Below, piece by piece: positions 46,156 to 55,625 of a stretch of 64,000 bases of DNA. Numbering within the stretch: the first letter of the stretch is position 1; every line of letters starts with the position of its first letter. A program made the position numbers and the translations under genes. The notes beneath the pieces are model-generated. The model saw only the letters and a list, made by a program, of their open reading frames with translations, searched no databases and had not been told where the DNA came from. The DNA is from an uncultured Collinsella sp. (GTDB lineage Bacteria; Actinomycetota; Coriobacteriia; Coriobacteriales; Coriobacteriaceae). Location: NCBI GenBank assembly GCA_902491935.1, contig CABUJN010000003.1, forward strand, positions 1,245 to 65,244. The letters run 5' to 3'.

Positions 46156-46320
46156 CCGCGCGCGGGGTGGGACTGCTGGAGTGGGCAGGACGGTCGACGC
46201 ATTTTGGCCCGACCGCTTGCCTGATCCGTTATGTGTTCATTTGCAATGCCGTGGATGGTTTGTCTGCCTTTGGGCATAAGAACCATCGAGAACATTGGCA
46301 CATCAGCAAAGGAGAACATC

Positions 46321-46683
46321 ATGGCGAAATTCTTTAAGGACCCCGACGGCAAGCTCATCGCTGCCCTTGGCGACGGCGTTGCGACCCCTGCCGGTTGCAC
46401 GGAGCTGACTGCAAACACTGAGGACGCGGCGCACGAGAAGCACGTGCCTGTTGTCGAGACCGAGCGTGACGGTCACGTGATTCGCGCACGCGTTGGCTCG
46501 GTCGAGCACCCCAGCCTGCCCGAGCACTACATTGAGTGGATCGCCCTTGAGGCCGAGGGCCGCTTAGAGGTCCATTACCTTGAGCCCGGCATGAAACCCG
46601 CGACGTTTTTCGCGGGCGGCTCCAAGACCGGTACCGTCTATGCCTACTGCAACCTGCACGGGCTGTGGTCCGCGACATTCTAG
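46321..46683 (+). CDS. Superoxide reductase (desulfoferrodoxin-family, single-domain type)
   Basis: EKHVPVV, HPSLPEHYIEWI and CNLHGLW are the centre II iron ligands. The ATG at 46321 follows AAAGGAGAA. Confidence 0.8.
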   Translation: MAKFFKDPDGKLIAALGDGVATPAGCTELTANTEDAAHEKHVPVVETERDGHVIRARVGSVEHPSLPEHYIEWIALEAEGRLEVHYLEPGMKPATFFAGGSKTGTVYAYCNLHGLWSATF

Positions 46684-46800
46684 GAGCGCGCCCCCGCTCG
46701 GGGTATCATAGCTAGCATATGCACATGCAAGCGCCGACTGCATTATGCGGCCGGCGCTTTTACTACGATTTCGATGGTTTACGACGGAAAGGGCTGAGCC

Positions 46801-48786
46801 ATGAAGCTCGCGCTTGCACAGATCGATATGCGCCTGGGTGATATTGAGGGCATTTGCGGCCGCATCGAGGACCAGGCTCGTCTGGCCCACGAGCGCGGGG
46901 CGCGCGTGCTGTGCGTTCCGGCTCCGCTCTTTATGGGCGCCATGCCCGGTGGCCTGGTGGGCGCTGCCGACTTTGAGCACGACATGCTTGCCGGCTTGAC
47001 TGGTGTCGCCGAGCGTATCCAGGAGCTTGACATGATCTGCATCGTGCCCGCGGCGGTTTCGTTTGAGGGCCAGCCGCTGCTCGACTACATGATGCTCAAG
47101 GACGGTCATGTGGTGCCGGCGCGTTCGAGCATTGCCCTGCAGCGTGGCGAGAACAGCGACACGCGTTGGGCGCCGCCGGTGTTCGACGTGGACGGCGTGC
47201 GCATCGCCGTGATTTTTGACTTGGACCGCGAACTCGAGATGTTGCCGACCGGTGTTGACCTCATTGCGTATTTCCAATTCAACGCGTTTGACATGACCGA
47301 CCGCGAGACTGCTGCCATTGCCGCCGTTCGCAGCGGCGCCTACCGCAAGATCGCATCCAAGCGCAGCGTGTGGTTTGCCTGCATAGCGCCGGTCGGTGCC
47401 TATGACGAGTCGGTGTATACCGGCGGTTCGTTTGTGCTCGACGACTGCGGCCGCGTGGTGGCCCAAGCGCCGTGTTTTGAGGAGAGCCTACTGGTTCAGG
47501 AGATCCAGCGCGGTGTGATGCTCGATGCCCTGGAAGACCACGAGCTGCCCGAGTTTCGCTCCGAGGAATGGCTGTGGCAGGCGCTGGTGCTTGCCGTTCG
47601 CGATAACGCCCGCGCCCGCGGTGCGTCGCGCGCCGTGGTGGCGCTCGAGGGCGACTTGCCGTCGTCTTTGCTGGCGGCGCTGGCCGTCGACGCTCTGGGC
47701 CCGCGCAATGTGATTGGCCTGGTGCTGGGGCGCAACCGTATCTTTACTCCGGCGCAGGAAGAGGCCGAGGCTGCCCGCTGTGCCGCCGTCCGCGCCATCG
47801 CCGAGCGTTTACACATTCGCACTGTCGAGCGCGATGCACCGGATGCGACGCGTGTGCTCGATCGCGACGTGTCGGCGGGCGATGCCGAGCGTCTGCGCTC
47901 GCGCACGTTGGGCCTCATGCTGGAGGACACGGCGCTCGAGCTGGGTGCGATGGCGCTGAGCCCGCTGTCCAAAACCGAGTACGCGCTGGCGGCGCCGGCG
48001 CTTTGCGGCGGCTACCAGGGCGATTACGCGCCCTTTGGCGATGTGTACCTGTCGACGCTTGAGTTTGTGGCGCGCGTGCGCAACCGCACGTCTGCCGTGG
48101 TGCCCCAAGAGCTCGTGACGCTCAACGCGGTGGAAGATTGTATGGAGCGCGTGCTGGCGCAAGCGCTCTCGACGCTCGACGGTCCGGTCGATATGCTCGA
48201 CCGCGCGGCACAGCTGCTCGGCGGGCTTGAGCCGGGTGAGGTCGATGGCGCGCTCGAGGCGCACGTGGACCGCAATCGATCTTTCGACGACATCCCGATG
48301 GCCGCTGGCAAGACTGAGGCCTGCTCGCTGCTGCTGATGCTCGTGCGCCAGGGCGAGGCTGCTCGCCGCATGCTGCCGACGGCTCCGATCGTCTCGGCAC
48401 GTTCGTTTGTTGAGCGCTCCTGGCCCTACATGCTTGCGTGGTCCGATCTGGGACTCAGCGGCAAGGAGCGCATGACGGTCGATTCGCTGGCGCGCGCCGA
48501 GGTGCGCCGTTTTGCTGACGAGGATACGAGCGAGCGCGTGCGAAACGAGATGATGGGCGTGCTGGGCGAGCTGCTGGGTATTTCGCCCGAGCAAATGGAG
48601 GAGCTGCGCTCCGAGGACGGTCAGCGTCGTTTGCACGAGGGAATGAAAAAGTTCGAGGGCGAGGTTCAGGACGCCATCGATAAGATGATGGGCGGTCAGG
48701 GCGGCTCGCAAGGTAGTCCCCAGGGTGGCCCGATGCCGCATCCGCCGGTTGATCCGAGGCAGTTCCCCTTTTTCTCTCAGAACTAG
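46801..48786 (+). CDS. NadE-like two-domain protein (CN-hydrolase-like plus NAD-synthetase-like) with apparently degenerate catalytic motifs
   Basis: The overall architecture and length match glutamine-dependent NAD+ synthetases, but the expected motifs are altered (see findings). Confidence 0.7.
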   Translation: MKLALAQIDMRLGDIEGICGRIEDQARLAHERGARVLCVPAPLFMGAMPGGLVGAADFEHDMLAGLTGVAERIQELDMICIVPAAVSFEGQPLLDYMMLKDGHVVPARSSIALQRGENSDTRWAPPVFDVDGVRIAVIFDLDRELEMLPTGVDLIAYFQFNAFDMTDRETAAIAAVRSGAYRKIASKRSVWFACIAPVGAYDESVYTGGSFVLDDCGRVVAQAPCFEESLLVQEIQRGVMLDALEDHELPEFRSEEWLWQALVLAVRDNARARGASRAVVALEGDLPSSLLAALAVDALGPRNVIGLVLGRNRIFTPAQEEAEAARCAAVRAIAERLHIRTVERDAPDATRVLDRDVSAGDAERLRSRTLGLMLEDTALELGAMALSPLSKTEYALAAPALCGGYQGDYAPFGDVYLSTLEFVARVRNRTSAVVPQELVTLNAVEDCMERVLAQALSTLDGPVDMLDRAAQLLGGLEPGEVDGALEAHVDRNRSFDDIPMAAGKTEACSLLLMLVRQGEAARRMLPTAPIVSARSFVERSWPYMLAWSDLGLSGKERMTVDSLARAEVRRFADEDTSERVRNEMMGVLGELLGISPEQMEELRSEDGQRRLHEGMKKFEGEVQDAIDKMMGGQGGSQGSPQGGPMPHPPVDPRQFPFFSQN

Positions 48787-48958
48787 GTCGCTGCGCGCCC
48801 GCCAGAGCGGCAATCTGCCTTTCAATCGTCGGACATGACCGCCAGGTCAATGCCCTCCTCTTTCAAGGCACCTTGCTCGCTCTGGCGGGCGCTCGCTTGC
48901 GTATACTCAACCTACAATTCGATCTCGGCTGACTTATAGGGCTAGCGTTGTGTTATTC

Positions 48959-48974
48959 TAGAACAGACGTTCGT
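48959..48974. promoter_or_regulatory. LexA (SOS) box upstream of ruvC
   Basis: TAGAACAGACGTTCGT contains GAAC-N4-GTTC. It lies 57 nt upstream of the ruvC start. Confidence 0.6.
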
Positions 48975-49028
48975 GAATGATGCGCGGGGCCTTGCCTTGC
49001 GCTGTGCTTGTGGCGAGGGGAGGTCGGC

Positions 49029-49550
49029 TTGGTTATCTTGGGCATTGACCCCGGTTTGGCTCATACGGGTTGGGGGATTATCGAGGAGCGGCGTGGCGAG
49101 GTTCGCTGCCGTGCCTATGGCTGCATCGAGACCAGTGCCGGAAGTCCGCTCGCGGTGCGCCTGTCGCATATCGCCCATGACCTTAAGGATGTCGTTGAGC
49201 GTTATCGACCCGACACGGCTGCTGTCGAGAGCATCTACTTTGGTGCCAACGTTCGTTCGGCCATCCCCACGGCGCATGCCCGCGGTGCTGCGCTTGTGGC
49301 GCTTTCGGAGTGCGCGCTCGAGATTGGCGAGTACACGCCCATGCAGATCAAACAGGCTGTGGTGGGCACTGGCGCCGCGGACAAGCGGCAGGTCGCCTAC
49401 ATGGTACGCACACTAACACAGCTCGACCACGACCCGCATCCCGACCATGCCGCCGATGCCCTGGCCTGCGCCATCTGCCACGTAAACCTCAGCCGCACCC
49501 GCGCCCTCACCGGTGGCGAGTTCTATCAACAGAGAGGAACCGGATACTGA
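49029..49550 (+). CDS. ruvC: Holliday junction resolvase RuvC
   Basis: VILGIDPGLAHTGWG is the RuvC N-terminal motif. I chose the TTG at 49029, which follows GGGGAGG. Confidence 0.93.
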   Translation: MVILGIDPGLAHTGWGIIEERRGEVRCRAYGCIETSAGSPLAVRLSHIAHDLKDVVERYRPDTAAVESIYFGANVRSAIPTAHARGAALVALSECALEIGEYTPMQIKQAVVGTGAADKRQVAYMVRTLTQLDHDPHPDHAADALACAICHVNLSRTRALTGGEFYQQRGTGY

Positions 49551-50170
49551 TGATTTCCCAGCTCCACGGAACGCTTGTCGAGGCCACGATGAGCTCTGCT
49601 GTCGTCGATGTGTCGGGCGTTGGCTTTGAACTCGGCATCTCGGGCAGCACTGCGGCCACGTTGCCGACGCCCGGCGGCGAGGTCCGTCTCTACACGCGTA
49701 TGCAGGTGCGCGAGGACGCCATGACACTTTTCGGTTTTTCCTCAAAGGATGAGCGCACGATGTTCGACCGGCTCGTGTCCGTTTCGGGCGTTGGCCCGCG
49801 CCTGGCGCTTGCCGTGCTTTCCACCTATACCGTGGGGCAGCTGTATTCGCTGGTGATGGCCGAGGACGACAAGGGCATGGCCAAGGTACCCGGTGTGGGC
49901 AAAAAGACAGCTCAGCGCCTGATCCTGGAACTCAAGAGCACCTTTGCCAAGGATAAGGGCTTTGTGCCGGTCGACGTGATTCCCGGACAGGTTGCGATGC
50001 CCGTGTCCGCTGCCGCTCCCTCGGCGATCGACGATGCCCGTGCGGCACTCCTTTCCATGGGCTTTAGCCCGCAGGAGACCGATGTTGCCCTGAGCGGGTA
50101 TGATGGGCAGAATATGCGTGTCGAGGATTTGCTCGGCGCGGCGCTTAAGCGACTTGGAATGGATGCGTGA
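49550..50170 (+). CDS. ruvA: Holliday junction branch-migration complex subunit RuvA
   Basis: MISQLHGTL ... [17 protein letters not shown] ... [17 protein letters not shown]. The start overlaps the ruvC stop (TGATG). Confidence 0.95.
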   Translation: MISQLHGTLVEATMSSAVVDVSGVGFELGISGSTAATLPTPGGEVRLYTRMQVREDAMTLFGFSSKDERTMFDRLVSVSGVGPRLALAVLSTYTVGQLYSLVMAEDDKGMAKVPGVGKKTAQRLILELKSTFAKDKGFVPVDVIPGQVAMPVSAAAPSAIDDARAALLSMGFSPQETDVALSGYDGQNMRVEDLLGAALKRLGMDA

Positions 50171-51237
50171 TGTGGGAAGCCGATGACTCTCAGGACCTGT
50201 GGGCGACGCCCGGCAACTCGCCGGCGGCATCCATGGCGCACGGCGAGCGCATGGTGGGCTCGGAGCTGACGGCCGAGGACCTCGATGTCGACCGCACTTT
50301 GCGCCCCCAGCGCCTGGACGATTACTGTGGCCAGGAGCACATCAAGCAGAGCCTGCGCGTGTTGATCGAAGCGGCGCAGAGCCGTGGCGAGACGCTCGAC
50401 CACGTGATCTTCTCGGGTCCTCCGGGCCTGGGCAAGACCACGCTGGCCACCGTTATCGCCAACGAGCTGGGCGCTCAGATCAAGACCACGAGTGGCCCTG
50501 CCATCGCGCGCACGGGCGACCTGGCGGCCATCCTTACTAACTTGCAGCCGGGTGATGTGCTGTTTATCGACGAGATCCACCGCCTCAACCGTTCGGTCGA
50601 GGAGGTCCTGTACCCCGCGATGGAGGACTTTGCCCTCGATATCGTGATTGGCAAGGGTCCGGCGGCGCGCTCGATTCGCCTGGATATTCCCAAATTTACG
50701 CTGGTAGCGGCAACGACCCGCTCAGGCATGTTGACAGGCCCGTTGCGCGACCGCTTTGGCATTTCATATCGCCTGGATTACTACACGGTCGAGGAGCTCG
50801 CGCAGATTGTGACGCGCTCGGCGACTATCCTGGGCGTGACGATCGATCATCCCAGTGCACTCGAGATCGGCTCGCGTTCGCGCGGTACGCCACGTCTTGC
50901 CAACCGCCTGCTCAAGCGCGTGCGCGACTATGCACAGGTGCGCGGCAACGGTCCCATTGAGCTCGATATCTGCCGTCAGGCGCTCGAGTTCTTCGAGATC
51001 GACGAGCTCGGTCTGGACTGGATGGATATTCGTATCTTGGAGACGCTTGCCAAGACGTTCTCCGGTCGTGCCGTGGGACTTACGACCCTTGCCAGCGCGG
51101 TGGGCGAGGACCCGGGCACGCTCGAGGATGTCTATGAGCCCTATTTGCTGCAGTGCGGCTTGATGATTCGTACGCCGCAGGGCCGTCAGGCAACCCTTCG
51201 CACCTTTGAGCACCTGGGGATTGAACCTACCGTTTAG
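50167..51237 (+). CDS. ruvB: Holliday junction ATP-dependent DNA helicase RuvB
   Basis: [27 protein letters not shown] and DEIHRL are present. The start overlaps the ruvA stop. Confidence 0.96.
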   Translation: MMWEADDSQDLWATPGNSPAASMAHGERMVGSELTAEDLDVDRTLRPQRLDDYCGQEHIKQSLRVLIEAAQSRGETLDHVIFSGPPGLGKTTLATVIANELGAQIKTTSGPAIARTGDLAAILTNLQPGDVLFIDEIHRLNRSVEEVLYPAMEDFALDIVIGKGPAARSIRLDIPKFTLVAATTRSGMLTGPLRDRFGISYRLDYYTVEELAQIVTRSATILGVTIDHPSALEIGSRSRGTPRLANRLLKRVRDYAQVRGNGPIELDICRQALEFFEIDELGLDWMDIRILETLAKTFSGRAVGLTTLASAVGEDPGTLEDVYEPYLLQCGLMIRTPQGRQATLRTFEHLGIEPTV

Positions 51238-51381
51238 GGCGCTTTGTTTTGGCGGGCTGTTGGACTATCGCTGGGCATCGGGTAAACATATCGCCGTTCA
51301 TCGGTTATGGGCGTTTTACTATTGCGCGCCCGTGCTATGCTGAATTGGTCTTTTTCTCATTCGGTAACGAAAGGACCGCCC

Positions 51382-53049
51382 ATGCCTACTGACATCGAAA
51401 TCGCACGTTCTGTCACGCCACTGCCTATTACCGAGGTGGCCAAGAACGCCGGCGTCGACGTTAAGCACCTGATTCCGTACGGCTTCGACAAGGCTAAGGT
51501 CGACTATTCACTGCTCAACGAGCCGACTGATCACCAGGCCAAGCTTGTCCTCGTGACCGCCATCAACCCCACGCCGGCGGGCGAGGGCAAGACCACCACG
51601 ACCATCGGTCTGGCCGATGGCCTGCGTCGTCGCGGCGTCAAGAGTGCCGTGGCCCTGCGCGAGCCTTCGCTCGGCCCCGTCTTTGGCGTTAAGGGCGGTG
51701 CTGCCGGCGGCGGCTGGGCTCAGGTCATCCCCATGGAGGATATCAACCTGCACTTTACCGGCGACTTCCACGCTATCGGTGCTGCCAACAACCTGCTGGC
51801 CGCCATGCTTGATAACCACATCCAGCAGGGCAATCAGCTCGGCATTGACGTTAAGCGCATCACTTGGAAGCGCGTCGTCGATATGAACGACCGTCAGCTG
51901 CGCCACGTCATCGACGGCATTGGCGGTAAGGCCCAGGGCGTGCCGCGCGAGGACGGCTTCGATATCACCGTTGCCTCCGAGGTCATGGCGATCCTGTGCC
52001 TGTCCACGAGCATCAGCGATCTTAAGGAGCGCTTGGGCGAGATCGTTGTCGGCTATAGCTATGCCGGCGAGCCCGTCCGCGCCCGCGACCTTAAGGCCCA
52101 GGGAGCTATGGCCGCACTGCTCAAGGATGCGCTCAAGCCCAATCTGGTGCAGACGCTCGAGGGCACGCCCGCGTTTGTCCACGGCGGTCCCTTCGCCAAT
52201 ATCGCCCACGGCTGCAACTCCATCATGGCCACGCGTATGGCTATGCGTTTTGGCGATGTCGCCATTACCGAGGCGGGCTTTGGTGCCGACCTGGGTGCCG
52301 AGAAATTCCTGGACATCAAGTGCCGCATGACGGGCGTTCGTCCCAACGCCGTCGTGATCGTCGCCACCGCTCGCGCGTTGAAGTACAACGGTGGCGTCGC
52401 CAAGGCCGATCTCAACGAGGAGAACCTCGAGGCACTCAAGGCTGGCATGCCCAACCTGCTGCGTCACGTCGACAACATCCAGAACGTATATGGTCTGCCC
52501 TGCGTGGTCGCCATCAACCGCTTCCCGACGGACACCGAGGCCGAGCTCGCGCTCATTGAGTCCGAGTGCCAGAAGCTCGGCGTCAACGTTAAGCTTTCCG
52601 AGGTCTGGGCCAAGGGCGGCGAGGGCGCGCTCGAGCTTGCCGATGAGGTCATGCGTCTGATTGAGCAGCCGAGCGAGCTCAAGTTTGCCTATGAGGACGG
52701 CGCTGATGTCGCTGATGCCCTCGAGGCCGTTGCCACCAAGGTCTACCGCGCCGACGGCGTTGACTTTACGCCGGCCGCCAAGCGCCAGCTCGCCGAGCTG
52801 CGCGAGAATGGCTTTGGCAACCTGCCGGTGTGCGTCGCCAAGACGCAGTACAGCTTTAGCGACAACGCCAAGGCCCTGGGCGCTCCCGAGAACTTCCGCA
52901 TCACGGTGCGTGAGCTCAAGGTTTCTGCCGGCGCCCACTTTGTGGTCGCGCTGACTGGCAGCGTCCTGACTATGCCGGGCCTGCCCAAGGTTCCCGCGGC
53001 AGAGAACATCGACGTCGACAACGACGGCAACATCACCGGCCTGTTCTAA
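51382..53049 (+). CDS. fhs: Formate-tetrahydrofolate ligase
   Basis: MPTDIEIA ... [14 protein letters not shown] is typical of FTHFS, and the length (555 aa) fits. The ATG at 51382 follows AAAGGA. Confidence 0.96.
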   Translation: MPTDIEIARSVTPLPITEVAKNAGVDVKHLIPYGFDKAKVDYSLLNEPTDHQAKLVLVTAINPTPAGEGKTTTTIGLADGLRRRGVKSAVALREPSLGPVFGVKGGAAGGGWAQVIPMEDINLHFTGDFHAIGAANNLLAAMLDNHIQQGNQLGIDVKRITWKRVVDMNDRQLRHVIDGIGGKAQGVPREDGFDITVASEVMAILCLSTSISDLKERLGEIVVGYSYAGEPVRARDLKAQGAMAALLKDALKPNLVQTLEGTPAFVHGGPFANIAHGCNSIMATRMAMRFGDVAITEAGFGADLGAEKFLDIKCRMTGVRPNAVVIVATARALKYNGGVAKADLNEENLEALKAGMPNLLRHVDNIQNVYGLPCVVAINRFPTDTEAELALIESECQKLGVNVKLSEVWAKGGEGALELADEVMRLIEQPSELKFAYEDGADVADALEAVATKVYRADGVDFTPAAKRQLAELRENGFGNLPVCVAKTQYSFSDNAKALGAPENFRITVRELKVSAGAHFVVALTGSVLTMPGLPKVPAAENIDVDNDGNITGLF

Positions 53050-53074
53050 GCCTGCTGACTATAGCTGCTAGCCC

Positions 53075-53112
53075 GCCCCGTCGCGCCTACCAAGGCTCGG
53101 CGGGGCTTTTTG
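53075..53112 (+). terminator. Rho-independent terminator after fhs
   Basis: GCCCCGTCG and CGGCGGGGC pair with one G-U, followed by TTTTT. Confidence 0.7.
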
Positions 53113-53229
53113 ATCCTTAGGCACGCGCATGTCTTGTAGATACCGGCGGGCTTTGCCCATCATAGGCTTTTGCGCGGGTAGAATGCATGGATAACTTGAT
53201 GCTTGCAGGCGACGGAAAGGAAACGTTGC

Positions 53230-54213
53230 ATGGACCAGGACAAGACGACCGTGATGGGCGGATATGGCTCCGCACAGGCTGGCGATAGCGCCGATGCGAC
53301 TCGCGTTGTTTCCAACCCCGGTTATACCGACCCCGCCGCGACGCAGACGTCTGCCGAACCCACACGGGTTATAGGCTACGGCGATACACCACGGGATCCG
53401 TTTGATTATGCACCGCAGGACCCGTATGACAATGCGGCGCCGGACCCGTATGGCAATGCGGCGACAGATGCTTATAACAACCTGCCGCATAATCCCATTC
53501 CGCAGCCTCAGCAGACGACGTATATGCCGCGTACGGCGCAGGTCCAGTCTCGTTATGAGTCGCGCGATCCGCATGCGTGCCAGCCGTATCGCGAGTATCC
53601 CAAATCGATTCCGCAGTATGGTGAGGACGAGGAGAAGGCACCGTCGCGTTCGTCGAGCGTGATCAAGAAAATCCTGATTGTGCTGGCGATCTTCTTTGCC
53701 TTGTCGATCGTGTTCGCCATCGTGTCGGGCATGCTCAACAAGCGGGGCGCCACGACCGATGCCACGACCGAGCAGGCCGAGACCACCCAGTCTGCTGCCG
53801 TCGACCTGAGCGATATCCCGGGACAGTACTGGTCCAACGCCAAGAAGCTCCTCAAGTCGCGCGGAGCCGACCTTTCGAACGCCGTGATTCTGACCGACGA
53901 TGGCTCAACGCCCGTCATCGATTCCAACTGGGTTGTTACGAATGCCTACTATAACGACAACGGCAACCTGGAGATTCAGCTCACGCACAAGAACAGCTAT
54001 GGCAACTCGTCCGGCGGCCAAAGCGGTACCGACAGCTCGAGCTCCAATACGCTGGAGGACTTGAGCAACAAGGCGCAGGAGTTGGGAGATAAGGCGCAAG
54101 AGCTGGGCGATACGGCACAAAACCTGGGTGATACTGCTCAGAATCTGGGCGATATGGCTACCAATGCCTGGGACGCTCTGCAAAACGGCATTTCGGGCGC
54201 ACAGGGTAACTAG
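53230..54213 (+). CDS. Single-pass membrane protein with a Pro/Asp/Tyr-rich cytoplasmic N-terminus and a C-terminal heptad-repeat tail
   Basis: The TM helix is IKKILIVLAIFFALSIVFAIVSGML. A compact ~100-aa exodomain follows. The ATG at 53230 follows AAAGGAAA. Confidence 0.6.
   Translation: MDQDKTTVMGGYGSAQAGDSADATRVVSNPGYTDPAATQTSAEPTRVIGYGDTPRDPFDYAPQDPYDNAAPDPYGNAATDAYNNLPHNPIPQPQQTTYMPRTAQVQSRYESRDPHACQPYREYPKSIPQYGEDEEKAPSRSSSVIKKILIVLAIFFALSIVFAIVSGMLNKRGATTDATTEQAETTQSAAVDLSDIPGQYWSNAKKLLKSRGADLSNAVILTDDGSTPVIDSNWVVTNAYYNDNGNLEIQLTHKNSYGNSSGGQSGTDSSSSNTLEDLSNKAQELGDKAQELGDTAQNLGDTAQNLGDMATNAWDALQNGISGAQGN
54070..54174 (+). repeat. Five tandem in-frame 21-bp repeats
   Basis: The units encode KAQELGD, KAQELGD, TAQNLGD, TAQNLGD and MATNAWD. 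Confidence 0.85.
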
Positions 54214-54225
54214 CTGTTAAGCGGG

Positions 54226-55407
54226 CTACAGCTGCTCTGCCGGACGGTCGGGCGAGCTAAAGCCCGAGTCAAACGTAACGACGCATGATGCATCGGGCCG
54301 GCGCTCGTGCACGATGCGCGTGACGAGCTCCAGTAGCTCCTCGTCGGATATGTCAAAGCCGTCGGGACGCACCAGGTCAAACGAAACAAAGCCGTCGTGC
54401 TCGTGCAGGTCGTGGATGGAAAGCGCAGGGTCGATCTGCGCTACGCCGCGCTTTACCCAGCCGCGCAGGTCGTCACCGGTTGTTGCAATGGGGTCGCAGT
54501 GCAGCGTAATGCCAATGCCCATCTGGCGTTTGATGTCGTGTTCGATGGTGTCCAGAATCTCGTGGTGCTCAAAGGCATCGCCCTCGCCGGGCATTTCCAC
54601 GTGTGCGCTGGCAAACTGACGGCCGGGGCCGTAGTCATGCACCATGAGGTCGTGCGTGCCTAGAACCTGGGGGTATGACATGATCCTGTCGCGGATTTCC
54701 TGGACGAGCTTGGGGTCGGGCGCTTGCCCCAACAGCGGGCTGATGGCGTCGCGCACCAGGCCCATGCCGCTGATGCAAATGAAGATGCCCACGCCCAGGC
54801 CTGCCCAGCCGTCGAGATCAAAGCCGGTCGCTTGCGAAATAAGCGCCGCCGCCAAGACCGAGCCCGAGGTGATGACGTCATTCTTGGAGTCCTGTGCCGT
54901 GGCGATGAGCGTCTCGGAATCGATGCGGTTGCCCAGCGTGCGGTTGAATGCCGCCATCCAGAGCTTAACGAGCATGGACAAGACGAGGGCGGCTAAGGAG
55001 AGCACCGAATATGCAGTGGGGGAAGGCTTGATGATCTTAGTGACCGACTCGAGAATCAGGTTGATGCCGACGGCGCAAACCAGGACGGCGACAAACAGAC
55101 CGGCCAGGTACTCGTAGCGGCCGTGGCCATAAGGGTGGCCCTCGTCTGCCGGGCGGCTGGCAAGGCGGAACCCGAGCAGACTCACGATGTTGCTCGAGGC
55201 ATCGGAGAGGTTGTTGAAAGCGTCGGCGATGAGGGAGACGGAGCCGGCAAGCAGGCCCGCGATGCCCTTGGCTAGGCACAGAGTGATGTTGAGGCCAATG
55301 CAGATGAGGCTTGCGGCAAAACCCGCGTTGGTGCGGCAAGATGCATCGACCGGCTCGCCCTCGCTGCCGGGAACAAGCGTATGTACCAGCCGATTTACAA
55401 ATAGCAT
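54226..55407 (-). CDS. Cation diffusion facilitator (CDF) family metal efflux transporter
   Basis: SLIADAFNNLSDA and HPYGHGRYE are present, with a C-terminal cytoplasmic domain. The ATG at 55407 follows GAGGA. Confidence 0.9.
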   Translation of the reverse strand: MLFVNRLVHTLVPGSEGEPVDASCRTNAGFAASLICIGLNITLCLAKGIAGLLAGSVSLIADAFNNLSDASSNIVSLLGFRLASRPADEGHPYGHGRYEYLAGLFVAVLVCAVGINLILESVTKIIKPSPTAYSVLSLAALVLSMLVKLWMAAFNRTLGNRIDSETLIATAQDSKNDVITSGSVLAAALISQATGFDLDGWAGLGVGIFICISGMGLVRDAISPLLGQAPDPKLVQEIRDRIMSYPQVLGTHDLMVHDYGPGRQFASAHVEMPGEGDAFEHHEILDTIEHDIKRQMGIGITLHCDPIATTGDDLRGWVKRGVAQIDPALSIHDLHEHDGFVSFDLVRPDGFDISDEELLELVTRIVHERRPDASCVVTFDSGFSSPDRPAEQL

Positions 55408-55625
55408 AGCGGTCGTCCTCACAATCATGTTTAAGGGGATAGTGTAGCTCGCACGGGGGCGCCGTGTGCCGATGCTCAGAAAATGCAGCAATAGTCTGCC
55501 GGTGCTAACGAGCGAGACTTCTCGTCTGCCTGGGTGGTCCATTTTGGGCCACATGGGTATGGGCATGTGCCTGCTTGCTCGACATACTTAATGTCGACAG
55601 CCCCTGTGCAAAGGAGGACGTTTCC

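Noticed and set aside
48835-48939. 34-aa plus-strand ORF between the 15-bp inverted repeat arms upstream of ruvC
   Set aside because: It has no Shine-Dalgarno sequence, its composition is not protein-like, and it is probably fortuitous.
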